Source of the DNA: Squalus acanthias
Lineage: Eukaryota
NCBI GenBank assembly: GCA_030390025.1
Contig: CM059432.1
Span: 108,068,001 to 108,132,000, forward strand
Direction of reading: 5' to 3'
DNA length: 64,000 nt
This document shows positions 25,508-38,339 of the stretch, piece by piece; position 1 is the first letter of the stretch, and each line of letters starts with the position of its first letter. Under the pieces are notes generated by a model that had not been told where the DNA came from, did not search any database, and saw only the letters and a program-made list of their open reading frames with translations. Both the position numbers and the translations under genes were made by a program.

Positions 25508-26257
25508 GGGCCAAAAATTCGACACTTGCCGGGTGAGTACGCGCTGTGTACTCACCCGCAAGGCCTCCTGAAGTGCCGGTTTCCTGCATGCACTGCGCAT
25601 GCACGGGAAACCGGAACTTCCGGTCTCGTGAAGGGAGGGGTTCAGAGGTGAACCACGTGCGTGGGAGAGGCTGCGCGCACGCAGCGAACTTAGGTTTTTT
25701 TTCAGGTTTCTCCGGGAAGGTAAGTATGGAAGAAGCTGCGCTTTTAAAAAGGAGGCGCAAGACCCGTTTTTAACAAGGTAAGTGGTTAATTAATTACAAT
25801 TTAAACATTTTTTCAACAGGTTTATCTTTTTTAGATACTTTAAAGAAAGGTAAGTTTATTTTTAGTACTGTTAAAAAGTATTTAAATTTTTTCAAAAATT
25901 TAAATTTTTGTTTAAAGTAGTTAATTTATTTAACTTATAGTTATTTTAAAAATGTGAAGGTTTTTTAAAAAAATTATTTGAAGTTTAGGTGTTGTTTTGG
26001 GGCCAATTTCAATTCTTCCTGTCAAATCTATGAATGAAAGATGGTCTGCTGCCATTGGCTCTCCATGGCCCACGTGATCCCAGGGGACGCATCGCACTAA
26101 CTGCGCCCCTGGGATACACAAGCACTGTGCGCCGGCAGCTGCAGGAGGCCCAGGAGCTGAAGTCCCCGTGGGCCCAGAGGTCAACGGCAGGCGTGGTAGG
26201 TAGGTGCGCGCGGGATCCTTGCACCCGCGGGAAGCCAGGGAGCCTAATTTCTGGGCC
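25508..26257. mobile_element. Harbinger-type MITE with AAT TSD and AT-rich centre
   Basis: GGGCCAAAAATT ... AATTTCTGGGCC, AAT on both sides. Confidence 0.75.
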
Positions 26258-26267
26258 AATATGTGTC

Positions 26268-26712
26268 GTGTGTCAGCTGTGGCTCAGTTGGTAACACTCT
26301 CACCTCTGAATCAGGAGGTTGTGGGTTCAGGTCCTACTCCTGGGACTTGAGCACAAAGTCTAGGCTAATACTCCAGTGCAGTACTGAGGGAGTGCTGCAC
26401 TGTCAGAAGGTGCCGTCTTTCAATTGAGACTTTAAACCATGCACTCTCAGGTGGACATAAAAGATCCTATGGCACTACTATGACAAAGAGCAGAGGAGTT
26501 CTCCCCGGTGTCCTGGGGCCAATATTTATCCATCAACCAACACCTAAAAACAGATTATCTGGCCATTATCACATTGCTGTTTGTGGGATCTTGCTGTGCA
26601 CAAATTGGCTGCCAGGTTTCCTACATTACAACAGTGACTGCTCTTCATTGGCTGTAAAGCGCTATGGGACATCTTGAGACTGTGAAAGGCGATATATAGA
26701 AGTTCTTTCTTT
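26268..26712 (+). mobile_element. Near full-length SacSINE1-like Deu-SINE
   Basis: tRNA head (TGGCTCAGTTGG, GGGTTCAGGTCC), CAGTGCAGTACTGAGGGAGTGCTGCACTG, L2-like tail. Confidence 0.85.
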
Positions 26713-26768
26713 AAGCCACCCTTTCTACCAGCCCAGCTACAATTAAGAAATCCTATGGCAGCCTAAAA

Positions 26769-27809
26769 TAAGAACATAAGAAACAGGAGCAGGAATAGGC
26801 TACTTGGCCCCTCGAGCCTGCTCCGCCATTCAATAAGATCATGGCTGATCTTGGGCTCAAAGCCACTTCCCCGCCCGCTCCCCATAACCCTTCACTCCCT
26901 TATCTTGCAAAAAGCTGTCTATCTTCACCTTAAATGTATTTAATGACCCAGCCTCCACAGCTCTCTGGGGCAGAGAATTCCACAGATTTACGACCCTCTA
27001 AGAGAAGAAATTCCTCCTCATCTCAGTTCTAAAAGGGCGACCCTTTATTCTGAAACTATGCCCCCGAGTTCTAGATTTCCCAACAAGGGGAAACAGCCTC
27101 TCTGCATCTACCTTGTCGAGCCCTCTCAGTATCTTATATGTTTCAACAAGATCACCTCTCATTCTTCTAAATTCCAATGAGGCCCAACCTGCTCAACCTT
27201 TCTTCATAAGTCAACCCCCTCATCTCTGGAATTAACCTAGTGAATCATCTCTGAACTGCCTCCAATGCAAGTATATCCTTCCTTAAATAAGGAGACCAAA
27301 ACTGTACACAGTACTCAAGGTGTGGTCTCACCAATACCCTGTACAGTTGCAGCAGGACTTCCCTGCTTTTATACTCCAACCCCCTTGCAATAAAGGCCAA
27401 CATTCCATTTGCCTTTTTGATTACTTGCTGTACCTGCATGCTAACTTTTTGTGTTTCATGTACAAGGACCCCCAGGTCCCTCTGAACTGCAGCATTTTGT
27501 AATCTCTCTCCATTTAAATCATAATTTGCTTTATTATTTTTCCTGCCAAAGTGTAAAAACCTCACACTTTCCCACATTATACTCCATCTGCCAAATGTTT
27601 GCCCACTCACTTAGCCTCCCTTTGCAGATTCTTTGGGCTGGATTTTGAATGACCCGTGGAGTTTGGAGGCGTGTGGGGGGTTAAATTTGCGGGGGTTGGG
27701 GTTTCCGACTCTATCAGCTGCAGGTCCACTATTACAATGGAGATGTGATGATGCTGAATTGAATGTCTTCAGCGACTGCCTGGCCTTTGCTGTGAGAGGA
27801 CTTGGATGC

Positions 27810-27854
<45 letters not shown>

Positions 27855-29000
27855 TCTCTCTCTGTCCAATCACATCAAAAGCCAGGTAGGTCCTCTCTCA
27901 CCAGCAGCCAGACAGTCAGCAATGATGACATCATCAGAGGCGGGTTTCAGGCTGAAACCACTAATTGGTTCATGGGTTCCCACATGCTGGAACTCAATTG
28001 CCCAATTAAGTTAAAATTGCATCATTCATCCACATTAATCTGGAGTCGGGGGGGAAACACGAAATGTGGAGGACACGACACCAAGACAAAATCCAGCCCA
28101 TTGAGTCTTCTGCACAACTTGCTTTCCCACCCAACTTTGTATCATCCGCAAACTTGGCTACATTACACTCGGTCCCTTCATCCAAGTCATTAATGTAAAT
28201 TGTAAATAGTTGAGGCCCCAGCACTGATCCCTGTGGCACCCCACTAGTTACCGTTTGCCAACTGGAAAATGACCCATTTATCCCGACTCTCTGCTTTCTG
28301 TTAGTTAGCCAATTCTCTATCCATGCTAACATATTACCCCCAACTCCGTGAGCTCTTATCTTATGCAGTAACCTTTTATGTGGCACCTTATCGAATGCCT
28401 TCTGGAAATCCAAATACACCACATCCACTGGCTCACCTTTGTCCACCCTGCTCGTTACATCCTCAAAGAACTCCAGCAAATTTGTTAAACATGATTTTCC
28501 TTTCATAAAACCATGCTGATTCTGCTTGACTGCATTATGATTTTCCAAATGCCCTGCTACTGCTTCCTTAATGAAGGACTCCAGCATTTTCCCAACGACA
28601 GATGTTAGGCTAACTGGTCTTTAGTTTCCTGCTTTTTGTCTCCCTCCTTTCTTAAATAGGGGTGTTACATTTGCGGTTTTCCAATCCGCTTGGACCTCTC
28701 CAGTGTCCAGGGAATTTTGGTATATTGCAACCAATGCATCCACTATCTCTGCAGCCACTTCTTTTAAGACCCTGGGATGCAGGCCATCTGGTCCAGGGGA
28801 CTTGTCGTCTTTTAGTCCCATTATTTTACCAAGTACTTTTTCCTTAGTGATAGTGATTGTCTTTAGTTTCCCCCCTCCCTCTGGCCCCTTGATTGTCCAT
28901 TATTGTTGGATGTTGTTAGTGTCTTCTATCGTGAAGGCAGATACAAAATATTTGTTCAGAGTCTCTGCCATTTCCCCGTTCCCCATTATTAATTCCCCAT
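26769..29000 (-). mobile_element. 5'-truncated CR1 LINE interrupted by a Harbinger MITE
   Basis: RT peptides in ORFs 28621-28821, 28006-28587 and 27245-27610; TTCTTATG-type tail. Confidence 0.93.
27635..28099. mobile_element. Non-autonomous Harbinger element (TIR GGGCTGGATTTT) inside CR1 RT
   Basis: Perfect 12-bp TIR, 3-bp TSD TTT/ATT, internal (CT)n at 27813-27862. Confidence 0.85.
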
Positions 29001-30087
29001 TATTAAATCCCCAAATAAACCATTCTACTATGGCCATGTCCTATTTTGCAAGCTGAGATGAAGCACTCAGCCCTACCTACTAACAAAAGAATTGGAATGA
29101 TTTACCACCATTAGCTAATCTGTTCAGTGGCTGGAGATGGACTGCTCCATCACTGTTGGACAGTGTACAACAATCTGAAATGGAGCATTCCACTGTCATT
29201 AGCCTGTTTGCCAATCAGGTGGATCAACATGGAACATTCCACGACCATAAAGCACTCCATTCAATGTTCCAAAATGGATGGGCTGAACCAGGATGGATGG
29301 GTTTATCTGTCAGTGGAGGCTGGGAGTGGGGCCCCAGAAATAGAGACACATGGCAGCTGGCATTATTTTCCTGTTTTAAAATACAAAGATGTTGCACAAA
29401 AATAAGTTCTTGCTCAAAAGAGTGACTCAGAATGGGAAAAATATTTGATCTATAATCACATCTCCTGATGGAGAAGCCAATATGGACACAGAGATGGATC
29501 AACGCTGCTACTATAAGAAATGAAGAACCTCCCGAGGAATAACGGAAGGTCAACAATAAAGGGTTAAAAATTCCACTACATCCACTCCTGGCACACAACG
29601 TGAAATTGTGCACTCCCAGCCTGTGATTTTCCATCCATAGTGGAATTTTTACCTCAAAGTTCCCTGTATTTTGTCCTTGTGAAGCTCTACCATGATCTCA
29701 ATCTGAATGGCAATGTGGTACAGTGTAAGGGAAGGGCTGTTGGGTTAATTTGGATTTTGGGTTCCATTCAGGCTTTGAAGCCCAGTTTTAAAACTGCAGG
29801 ATGCAAATCAAACTGTTCTCCTCAATACAGTCAATATCATTCTGCAAGGTCATAAAGAGAAATAGGCCGCGATTTTATCAGTGGAGGCAGGTTGGAGGCG
29901 GTTTTGATGTTCGGCGGGTTCCGGTCCCGCTGCCGCTTTCAGCCACCCTGAAATTAAGATTTTCCCTTAAGTGGCCTGATTAATGTCTCCGTGCGCGCTA
30001 CCCAGCCCAATTAGTGGTTTCGGGTCTGCTGCTTGCCTCTGCTGACGTCTGTCAGCCAGCTGCATTTAAGGGGCCCAAAAAGCATTA

Positions 30088-31066
30088 GATTCATAGAGTC
30101 ATAGAGTTATACAGCACAGAAAGAGGCCCTTCAGCCCATCGTGTCCGCGCCGGCCATCAAGCCCTATCTATTCTAATCCCATTTTCCAGCACTTGGTCCG
30201 TAGCCTTGTATGCTATGGCGTTTCAAGTGCTCATCTAAATGCTTCTTGAATTATGTGAGGGTTCCTGCCTCTACCACCCTTTCAGGCAGTGAGTTCCAGA
30301 TTCCAACCACCCTCTGGGTGAAAAAGTTTTTCCTTAAATCCCCTCTAAACCTCCTGCCCCTTACCTTGAAACTATGCCCCTGGTTATTGACCCCTCTACT
30401 AAGGGGAAAAGTTCCTTTCTATCTACCCTATCTATGCCCCTCATAATTTTGTACACCTCAATCAGGTTCCCCCCTCAGCCTTCTCTGCTCTAAGGAAAAC
30501 AACCCCAGCCTGTCCAGTCTCTCTTCATAGCTGAAGCGCTCCAGCCCAGGTAACATCCTGGTGAATCTCCTCTGCACCCTCTCCAATGCAATCACATCCC
30601 TCCTATAGTGTGGCGACCAGAACTGCACACAGTATTCCAGCTGTGGCCTAACTAGCGTTTTGTACAGCTCCATCATAACCTCCCTGCTCTTATATTCTAT
30701 GCCTCGGCTAATGAAGGCAAGTATCGCATATGCCTTTTTAACCACCTTATCTACCTGTCCTGCTGCCTTCAGGGATCTATGTACATGCACACCAAGGTCC
30801 CTCTGATCCTCTGTCCTTCCTAGGGTCCTACCATTCATTGAGTATTCCCTTGACTTGTTAGTCCTCCCAAAATGCATCACCTCACACTTTTCAGGGTTAA
30901 ATTCCATTTGCCACTTATCTGCCCATCTGACCAACCCGTCTATATCGTCCTGTAACCTGAGGCTTCCCTCCTCGCTATTTACCAATTTTCGTGTCATCTG
31001 CGAACTTACTGATCATACCTCCTACATTCATATCTAAATCATTAATGTACACTACAAACAGCAAAG
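30088..31066 (-). mobile_element. 5'-truncated CR1 inserted in Harbinger copy 1 upstream of the Myb gene
   Basis: ORF 30458..30997 is nearly identical to the RT C-terminus of the 47462 CR1. Confidence 0.92.
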
Positions 31067-31119
31067 GATTGTTTCTCATCAATCCTTTCCTGCTGCTTCT
31101 TGTTGTACCACTTGTGAAA

Positions 31120-33021
31120 ATGACTGCTACAAGAGCCACGGCCTCTCCCCGATTTGATGATGACTCCCTCCATGCTCTTGTGGAGGGAGTTAGAGGCGCC
31201 AGGAGGTACTGTACCCCTCAACCGGATGGAGGAAGCCTCCTCAGCAAAGCAAAGCATCCTGGCTGCAAATTGCTGAGGAGGTGAGCGCCAGGTCTTTGTG
31301 TGGTCGCACCTGGGTGGAGTGCAGGAAAAGGTTTAATGACCTGCTATGCTCAGCAAAAGTGAGTATAACATCACACTTACCTTCAATCTGCTCCCCTTCT
31401 CCTCTCATCACCAGCACTCTGCATTGTCAACCTACTCCTGCACATCCCACTTTACCCTTACATCCCTTGCGCCCTTAACCATCCCTCTCTCTCTATGTAC
31501 ACAATCACTTCACTATTCTACTATGCACCCCTCACACTCGCGATCACTGTTATGCAATGCCAACAACTAACAATGCACAGGGAGGGCCCTTGGTATTGAC
31601 ACCTCACTGTATCTTTGTCTCCCTCCAAGCATCTATGCTATGGATTCTCTACACTCACTCCAACATTCTCACTCAAACTCCACTTGTGTCCCTCATTGCA
31701 GGAAAAGAGAGCCCACAATAAGAGGGAGAGGGCCAGGACAGGAGGAGGGCCACCTTCCATTGCCCAGTTGACCACCGCTGAGGAGGCTGCTCTGGACATC
31801 GTAGGAGGTGCTAAGGATCTGGAAGTGGGGGACGGTCAGATGGGCACAGTAGAGCAAGCTGGTAACAGAATAGATTTGCAGCCCTCTCATTTACATTGCA
31901 TGAGTGACTGATATGGCATCTGATGTTCATACAGATTGAGTTATGATCATCTGCACAATTCGATGTACCTGCTACGTTAATATCACATGTCTAACTCATG
32001 CCTTTACTCCCCCACAGGACCATCGAGAACCTCCCTCCCCACTGTTCAGGAGGAAGAGCCGGAAGACTCCTCAGAGGAAGCTGCAACCTCTGAGGGCGCA
32101 GTGTCAGCAGAATTGAGTGCACCCAGCACCAGCGCAGAGACGTACACCTTGGTGGATCCTTCGCGAGATAGAGTAGTGATGTCACCTGGTGTATCACAGC
32201 TCACAAGTGAGCATCAGCAGATGGTGCAGACAGGGACAGTAGTGGAGAGTCCTTGTCAGAGGTCGCAAGGCGCTCCTAGCTCTGCTCAGCTGCATGTGGA
32301 CCCTGTGCCTCTGCGGCCATCCAGAAAGTGAGCGGTGCTGGAACAAGTGCAGGTGACAGGTTTTGCATCCAGGGTAACTGCGAGTGTGCAGAGAATGAAG
32401 GAGTCCATATCTAACATGAGCACTGCCTTTGTGGAGGCAATGGCGCATTAATGTTCCGCCATGGAGAGGGTGGCAACCGCCATGGAGGACATAATTCGCC
32501 AGACTAACGAAAACATGGTCACTCTTCAAAATAGATTGTCTGCTATGGAGGAGAGATGGACATCTATTGAGGAGAGACACCAGAGGTTCATGGACATCCT
32601 TGTTATGAGGACTGTCAGTACAGAGATGGGTCCTCATGGCCCCACTGATATACAGCAAGGTGCTGTCCAGCCACTTGCTAGCACTGAAGTGCGGCTGACC
32701 CATGAGAGGGATGTTGGTGGCAGGCAACAAGGAAGTGTGGGCTCCTCTCCAAGCGCTCACACTCCCATGCCACTGCGGAGCCCTCAGTCAGAGCCCCACC
32801 AGGTTCCTCACCCAACTGAGATGGCCGTCTCAGCCCCTGCACAGCCACAGGAGGAGCAGACAGTTGCCAAGCCCTCCCAGGCTCACAAACCCAGAGGACG
32901 CCTGCCAAAGGTGTCAAAGCAGGAGCAGCATGAAAGTGAGCAAGGTGCCTCCACATCTGCTGAAGCCACAGGGGAAGCACCACGTAGAAGCACGCGTAAG
33001 AGAAAGTTAACACACAAATAG
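31120..33021 (+). pseudogene. Harbinger Myb/SANT-like accessory gene, 3 exons (31120-31358, 31702-31861, 32018-33021)
   Basis: MTATRATASPRFDDDSLHALVEGV...WLQIAEEVSARSLCGRTWVECRKRFNDL | EKRAHNKRERARTGGGPP. GT-AG introns, AATAAA at 33091. Frameshift and stops present. Confidence 0.85.
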
Positions 33022-33282
33022 TCACAAGGGTAGTCACTTGGGTGTTTTGATGTAATACATATTTAAGATAATGATCAGCATTTCAATTGTAATAAACAAA
33101 TGCAATGGCAAACATTCAAAGAGTTGGCCTATGTGTGCCCAGAAATGGAAGTGTCACAGTGAGGTGTCAGGGCGCCTTTCATCTGTAATGATGGTGGTGA
33201 GAGTGATAGGAACCCACAGTTTATTGTACATTGTGTATGGTGTGTTAGGAAGGTGGCAGCCACATGTGTTTGCTTCGTAAAC

Positions 33283-34500
33283 TTAAGCGAATCTGGCATA
33301 GATTAGTGCATCCCTTGCATCACGGGCAGCAATGTGCTCGTGTGCTGGTGGAACTGGCACATCCGCCTCCGCAAGGTCTTCCTCCTCCTTCTCCTCCTCT
33401 GAGGAGGAGGAGGCTGTGTACTGAGCCACTTGTTCCTCGGGCAGTGGTAAGCCACGCTGCAGTGTGATGTTGTGCAGTGCACAGCAGACCACGATGATTC
33501 TGGAGACCCTGGCTGGTGAGTACTGTAAGGCTCCACCTGATCTGTCGAGGCATCTGAATCGCATTTTGAGCTAGCCAATGGTTTGCTCGATAATGGATCT
33601 GGTAGAAATGTGGCTGGCATTGTAGCGCTCCTCAGCTTCGTTTGATGGCCTCCTCAACGGCATCATTAGCCACGTCTTCAGGGGATAGCCCTTGTCTCCA
33701 AGTAGCCATCCGGAAAGTTGGGTTGGCGGATTGAAGAGCTGAGGCACAGTAGACTGGCGCAGGATGAAGGAGTCATGGTAACTGCTAGGGAACTTGGTGC
33801 AAACATGCTAAATGTCCTTCCTGTGGTTACACACCAGCTGCACGTTAAGGGAGTAGAGCCCTTGCGATTGACAAATACAGCTGGATTGTGATGGGGTGCC
33901 CTAATGGTCACATGTGTGCAGTCTAAGACGCCCTGCACCCTTGGCAAGCCTACCATATTTGCAAAGCCAACTGCATGCGCGGTTACACTTGCTTCATCCG
34001 TGGAGAAGTGGATGTAATTGTGCGCCTTTGCAAAGAGGGAATCGGTAACCTGCGTGATGCAAGTGTGTGTGGCCGACTGGGAGATGCCGCTGATGTCTGC
34101 TGATGATTCCCGGAAGGACCCTGAAGCAAAAAAATTGAAGGCGGTGGTGACTTTGACAGCCACTGGTAAGGAGTGTCCACACGCTCCTCTGGGCTCCAGG
34201 TATTGGTGCAGCATTGCACAGATGTCAGCGACTACCTCTCGCGAAAGTCTCAGCCTCCTTTGGCACAGCTGCTCAGTCAAGTTGAGGAAGGTCATCCTCA
34301 GCCTGTAAACTCTGTGTTGGGGGTATCTCCTGCGGCGAGGTGCAGCCCTGCGCTGACGCCCTCTGCCCTGTGTAGCATCAGGTGGGTGAGGAGGAGGTTG
34401 GCGCTCCTGCTGTTGGTGCTGCTGTTGTGCCTGGTCCTGCTGCTGCCACGGCTGCTCTTCCTCCGAATCGGAGGACCAGGATGAGAGAGTATAAATGGTT
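33283..34500 (-). pseudogene. Harbinger (HARBI1-like) DDE transposase
   Basis: [54 protein letters not shown]. Frameshift at ~33860 and a stop. Minus-strand AATAAA at 33220-33225. Start position approximate. Confidence 0.9.
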
Positions 34501-35620
34501 CCAATGCTGCTGGTAGATATCTCAGTTGAGGACTAGAAGTTATAAGCGCTCAGTCAATGTGGGGAAAGGGTTTTCCCAGGAGGTCGCAGTGCATATGGAT
34601 CTCAGCTTCACCACTTACAAGCTCAGTAGACCTGCAAAAAGTTTTCCAAGACCTGAAAAAACAAAGTTCGGTCATCTGTAAGTGAGCCATGTTCGAGCTC
34701 TGTTTTTATGCTGGAGCTGCAGCTGTCAAGAAGTCAGACACTTGCTGAACCCGGCACAATCAGCTGGCGTGGTTTGCGAACGGAGTGGGACACGCTGAAA
34801 ATGTACTAAAATGGCAAGACCCTGCTAAAATCGGATTATCTAGGCAGCTAACAAGCTGTTAACTGCCTTAAGTGCCTCTCCCGCCACTTGGTGTTGGGTC
34901 CGATCAGGACTCCCAGAGCCGGCAATTGGCAAAGTTGCGTGGAGGCAGGTTGATGGCGAAGTCAGAACCCACCGTCAATCAAAAACATTTTAACCTCTGA
35001 CCCGCCTCCAAACCCACCCTCTGAGCACCGGCAAAATCGCGGCCATAGTGTATATTATACAGAACGGGTAAGTACTGATACCTTTAGATTTACGTAATAC
35101 TGAATGAATAGACAAATCACCACAATCCCCATAGACCATCTCCAACAATGGGGCTAATTTTCCAAGTCTGTGCTGGCAGTGAGGAACCTTGCCTGCCAGA
35201 AGATGACCACCCTCTTTTTCCTAATGTAACTGTAAAAATTCCGTATTGATTTTGATATCCCTTGCAAGTTTCTTTTTATACTCCCTTTTTGTAGCTCTTA
35301 CTGTCTGTTTTGTGACCCTTTGCTGTTCTTTGTATCTTTCCCATTCGCCAGGATCTGTGCTAGTTTTTGCATTTTTGTATGTCCTTTCCTTTAGTTTTAT
35401 GTTGTCCCTCACCTCTTCAGTTGTCCATGGCTGGTTTTTTTGGTAAGTAGAGCTCTTGCCTCTCAGGGGTATAAACTGGTTCTGTATCACCTTGAATTCT
35501 TTTTTAAACATCTCCCACTGATCTTCTGTCGTTTTACCCATTAACAGATTTGCCCAGTTTATTGTGGACAGTCTCTGCCTCATCCCGTTGAAGTCGGCTT
35601 TACGTAAGTCTCGAATCTTA

Positions 35621-36490
35621 GGCCACAATTTTATCGGCACTGAGAGGGTGGGTTTGGAGGCGGGTCAAAGGTTAAATTGGTTTTGATTGACGGCGTGTTC
35701 TGATCCCGCCGTCAACCCGCCTCCAAACAATTTTCCCAAGTGTCGGGTCCCCGATTTGCGCATGGACTCGGCACCTAGCGGCGGGAAGAGGATTAAAGCC
35801 AATTACCTGCCTATTAACAGGTAGTTGATAGTAGTTGACAGGCTATTTTTTAATTTTGCCGCTTCCGCCTCGGGTTTCCCGACGTCCAGACACTACGCCA
35901 GGTTAGTGTGGCGTGTTGTGAGTCTGCTGTAATGTTTCTGGATTGATGACAGCTGCAGAAGTGGTGTGAAGGATCCAATGGTGCACTGGTGAGTCTCAGA
36001 GGTAAGAAAATGTTGGGAAATTCATTTTTAATACATTTACACATTTCTTTAGGTAACAAGTTTTGAAATCCATGTCCAGTGCCACCTCATTGGGAGAACC
36101 TCTCTCACCAGTGACAGATCGCTTCTGTCACCTCACCTGCAATCTATTCCAGCCTATGGAGGGAGTCACTGGAGAGCCTGGGTGCAAGAGCTCACCTTTG
36201 TACAGTAATTGTCAGTGTTTGTAGCCCCTCAATGCTGTCAAACACCGAGCAATCAGCTGTCAAAATAAAAGTGTGCGTGGTCCCTTTAAGAAAACTGGCA
36301 GATGACGCGTCATCAAATGGCGTCATCTGACCAGCTTTCTCTTAATTGGCCGGCAAGCCCGCAGGGCGGGCTTAACAAGGTCAATCAACGTAAAATCACG
36401 TCTGTGGGCCGAATGCAGTTGGGGGTGGGACTGGAAGCCGGAAACCACCTGACCCGCACCCAACCCGCCTCCAATGAAAAGATCGCGGCC
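35621..36490. mobile_element. Internally deleted Harbinger derivative with TTA TSD
   Basis: Ends GGCCACAATTTT / AAAAGATCGCGGCC resemble copy 1 ends. Myb remnant (PRLSSDSLH) on the minus strand at ~36120-36195. Confidence 0.88.
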
Positions 36491-37122
36491 TTAGTAGCTG
36501 TTTTGCGTTTCTCCCTTTCAAACATTACATTGAACTCAATCATGTTATGATCGCTATTGGATAAATGTTCATGTACAGTTAGGCTGTTACCTAAATCTGG
36601 CTCATTACTCATTATTAAATCTAATATGGCTTGCCACCTTGTTGCCTCTAGAACATATTGTTGTAGAAAACTATCCCGGATACACTCAAGAAATTCTCTA
36701 CCTTTCTGACAGGTGCTAGTCTGCTTTTCCCAATCTATATGAAAGTTAAAATCCCCCACTGCAACCACTCTGCCTTTATTACACACTTGTCTAATCTCTG
36801 CATTTATACAATCTAGCACTTCAGAGCTGCTACCAGGGGGCCTATACACAACTCCCACTACAGTCTTAGATCCTTTCCTATTTCTTAATTCTACCCCTCT
36901 CTTTAAATCCTCTCTTATCATTGAAGTGATTTCATCCCTAATCACTAAGGCTACTCCTCCCCTCTGCCATTTTCCTTATCTTTCCTGTAGACCTTATAAC
37001 CTGCTATAGTTAGTTCCCAGTCCTGACCGTCTTGCAGCCAAGTCTCAGTAATGGCTACCATGTCATACCCTACAATTTGAATTCATGCCTGCAGTTCATT
37101 CAATTTATTCCTTATACTCCAT

Positions 37123-38015
37123 GGGGGAAAAATTAGGTCGCGCCCCATTTGGGGCGCAAATATCGTCTGGACACAAATATTAGCGCCTGGCGCTAATTAT
37201 CGCCACTGACTGGAAACTTCACTTTTACCGCCCCGGGAGGTGAGTGGAGCGCTAAATCAGGCGCTGCACACCTGTCTTAAGGCGCAAAGGCCAAGGAGTG
37301 AGGCGCTAACTCAGAGCGCTGGCGAAGCTCATGTAATGTCAGTCAGCAATGGAACACACACACAATGGCACGGGCCAGTTCTTAAAGGGGATGGTTAATC
37401 TTGCTTTCCATCCACATCCTGTTCATTGCAGCCTTGAATCTCGGCCTGGAGAGACTTGCACATCAAATGTGCTGGAAAGAACAATGGAGAGTACCAGGCA
37501 AAGAGCTCAGATTGCAGCTCCCACAGTCTCTGCTAAATCGATACAAGGAATGGCAAATCAAAATGAACCTGCAAAGTGCTGCTCAGTACCCAAAACTCCT
37601 TCACACAACGTTGAATCTCTCCAGAAGTCTCTACCTCTCTCTCTCAGAATGCGTAGTTCAAAAATGGCACCAACAATAAAAGGCAGGAAGCGGTCACCTT
37701 TAAATAGCGCTCCCCCTTTCCCTTCATGACTGCAGAACGCTCCCCTCAACCTGTCGTTGCTAGCGTCAGGCGGTAAGGCAGGGGGCGCCACTCAATTTCC
37801 GCTCCGGGGCGCCACAAGGGCGTTGCACCATGGAATGATGTCACAATCTGCGCGCGCAGGTGGTCGCAGCGGTAAAGTTTAGCGCCGCCGCACAATGTCT
37901 AGTTAAGTTCCCGAGCGGCGCAAACATCGCTGCGCCCGGGCGTTAGCGGCTTTGCGCCCCATTAGCGCCCTCTTAAGGCGCTAACGGGAGGCGCAACCAA
38001 CTGAATTTTTACCCC
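37123..38015. mobile_element. GC-rich Harbinger-type MITE, CAT TSD (copy A)
   Basis: GGGGGAAAAATT ... AATTTTTACCCC; colinear with 50056..50941. Confidence 0.85.
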
Positions 38016-38339
38016 CATGTGTTTGTATAAAGAATGTTTATTTGGGCCACACACCCTAGCCTGTCCTTCAGCTCTAGTGTTTTACTCACATGTTTCTTAT
38101 TTCTCTCTCCTGGTTTAATCACTTTACATCTTTTAGTTTTCCCTTTACCTGTAGTGCCTAAAGCACAATTTCTGACTGTTACTCTACTCTCTTCCCTTTC
38201 ATTTGTTTTTGAACTACTATTTGTAATATTTGTACTGCAATTCCCCCTGAGCCCTCCCCTCCCATTTACAGAAGGGTTAAGACCTTCTCCCACCCCCCAA
38301 CAAGTTCCTAACCTTCCTCCCACCCCCGATTTCTGACAT

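Larger units (their letters stand above)
29865..35044. mobile_element. Full-length, decayed PIF/Harbinger DNA transposon (copy 1)
   Basis: Perfect 12-bp TIR GGCCGCGATTTT / AAAATCGCGGCC, ATA TSD, convergent Myb/SANT and DDE transposase genes. Confidence 0.93.
35205..38280 (-). mobile_element. CR1 LINE ORF2 5' part (APE endonuclease) split by two Harbinger MITEs
   Basis: GVVYRPP, GDFNF, ILDLI, SDHN motifs. Frame rejoins across 35621-36490 (KTATK|IRDLRKADF). Confidence 0.85.

Noticed and set aside
31120..34500. Domesticated host genes HARBI1, NAIF1 or MSANTD
   Set aside because: Enclosed by TIRs and a TSD, multi-copy within the window, and disrupted by stops and frameshifts.
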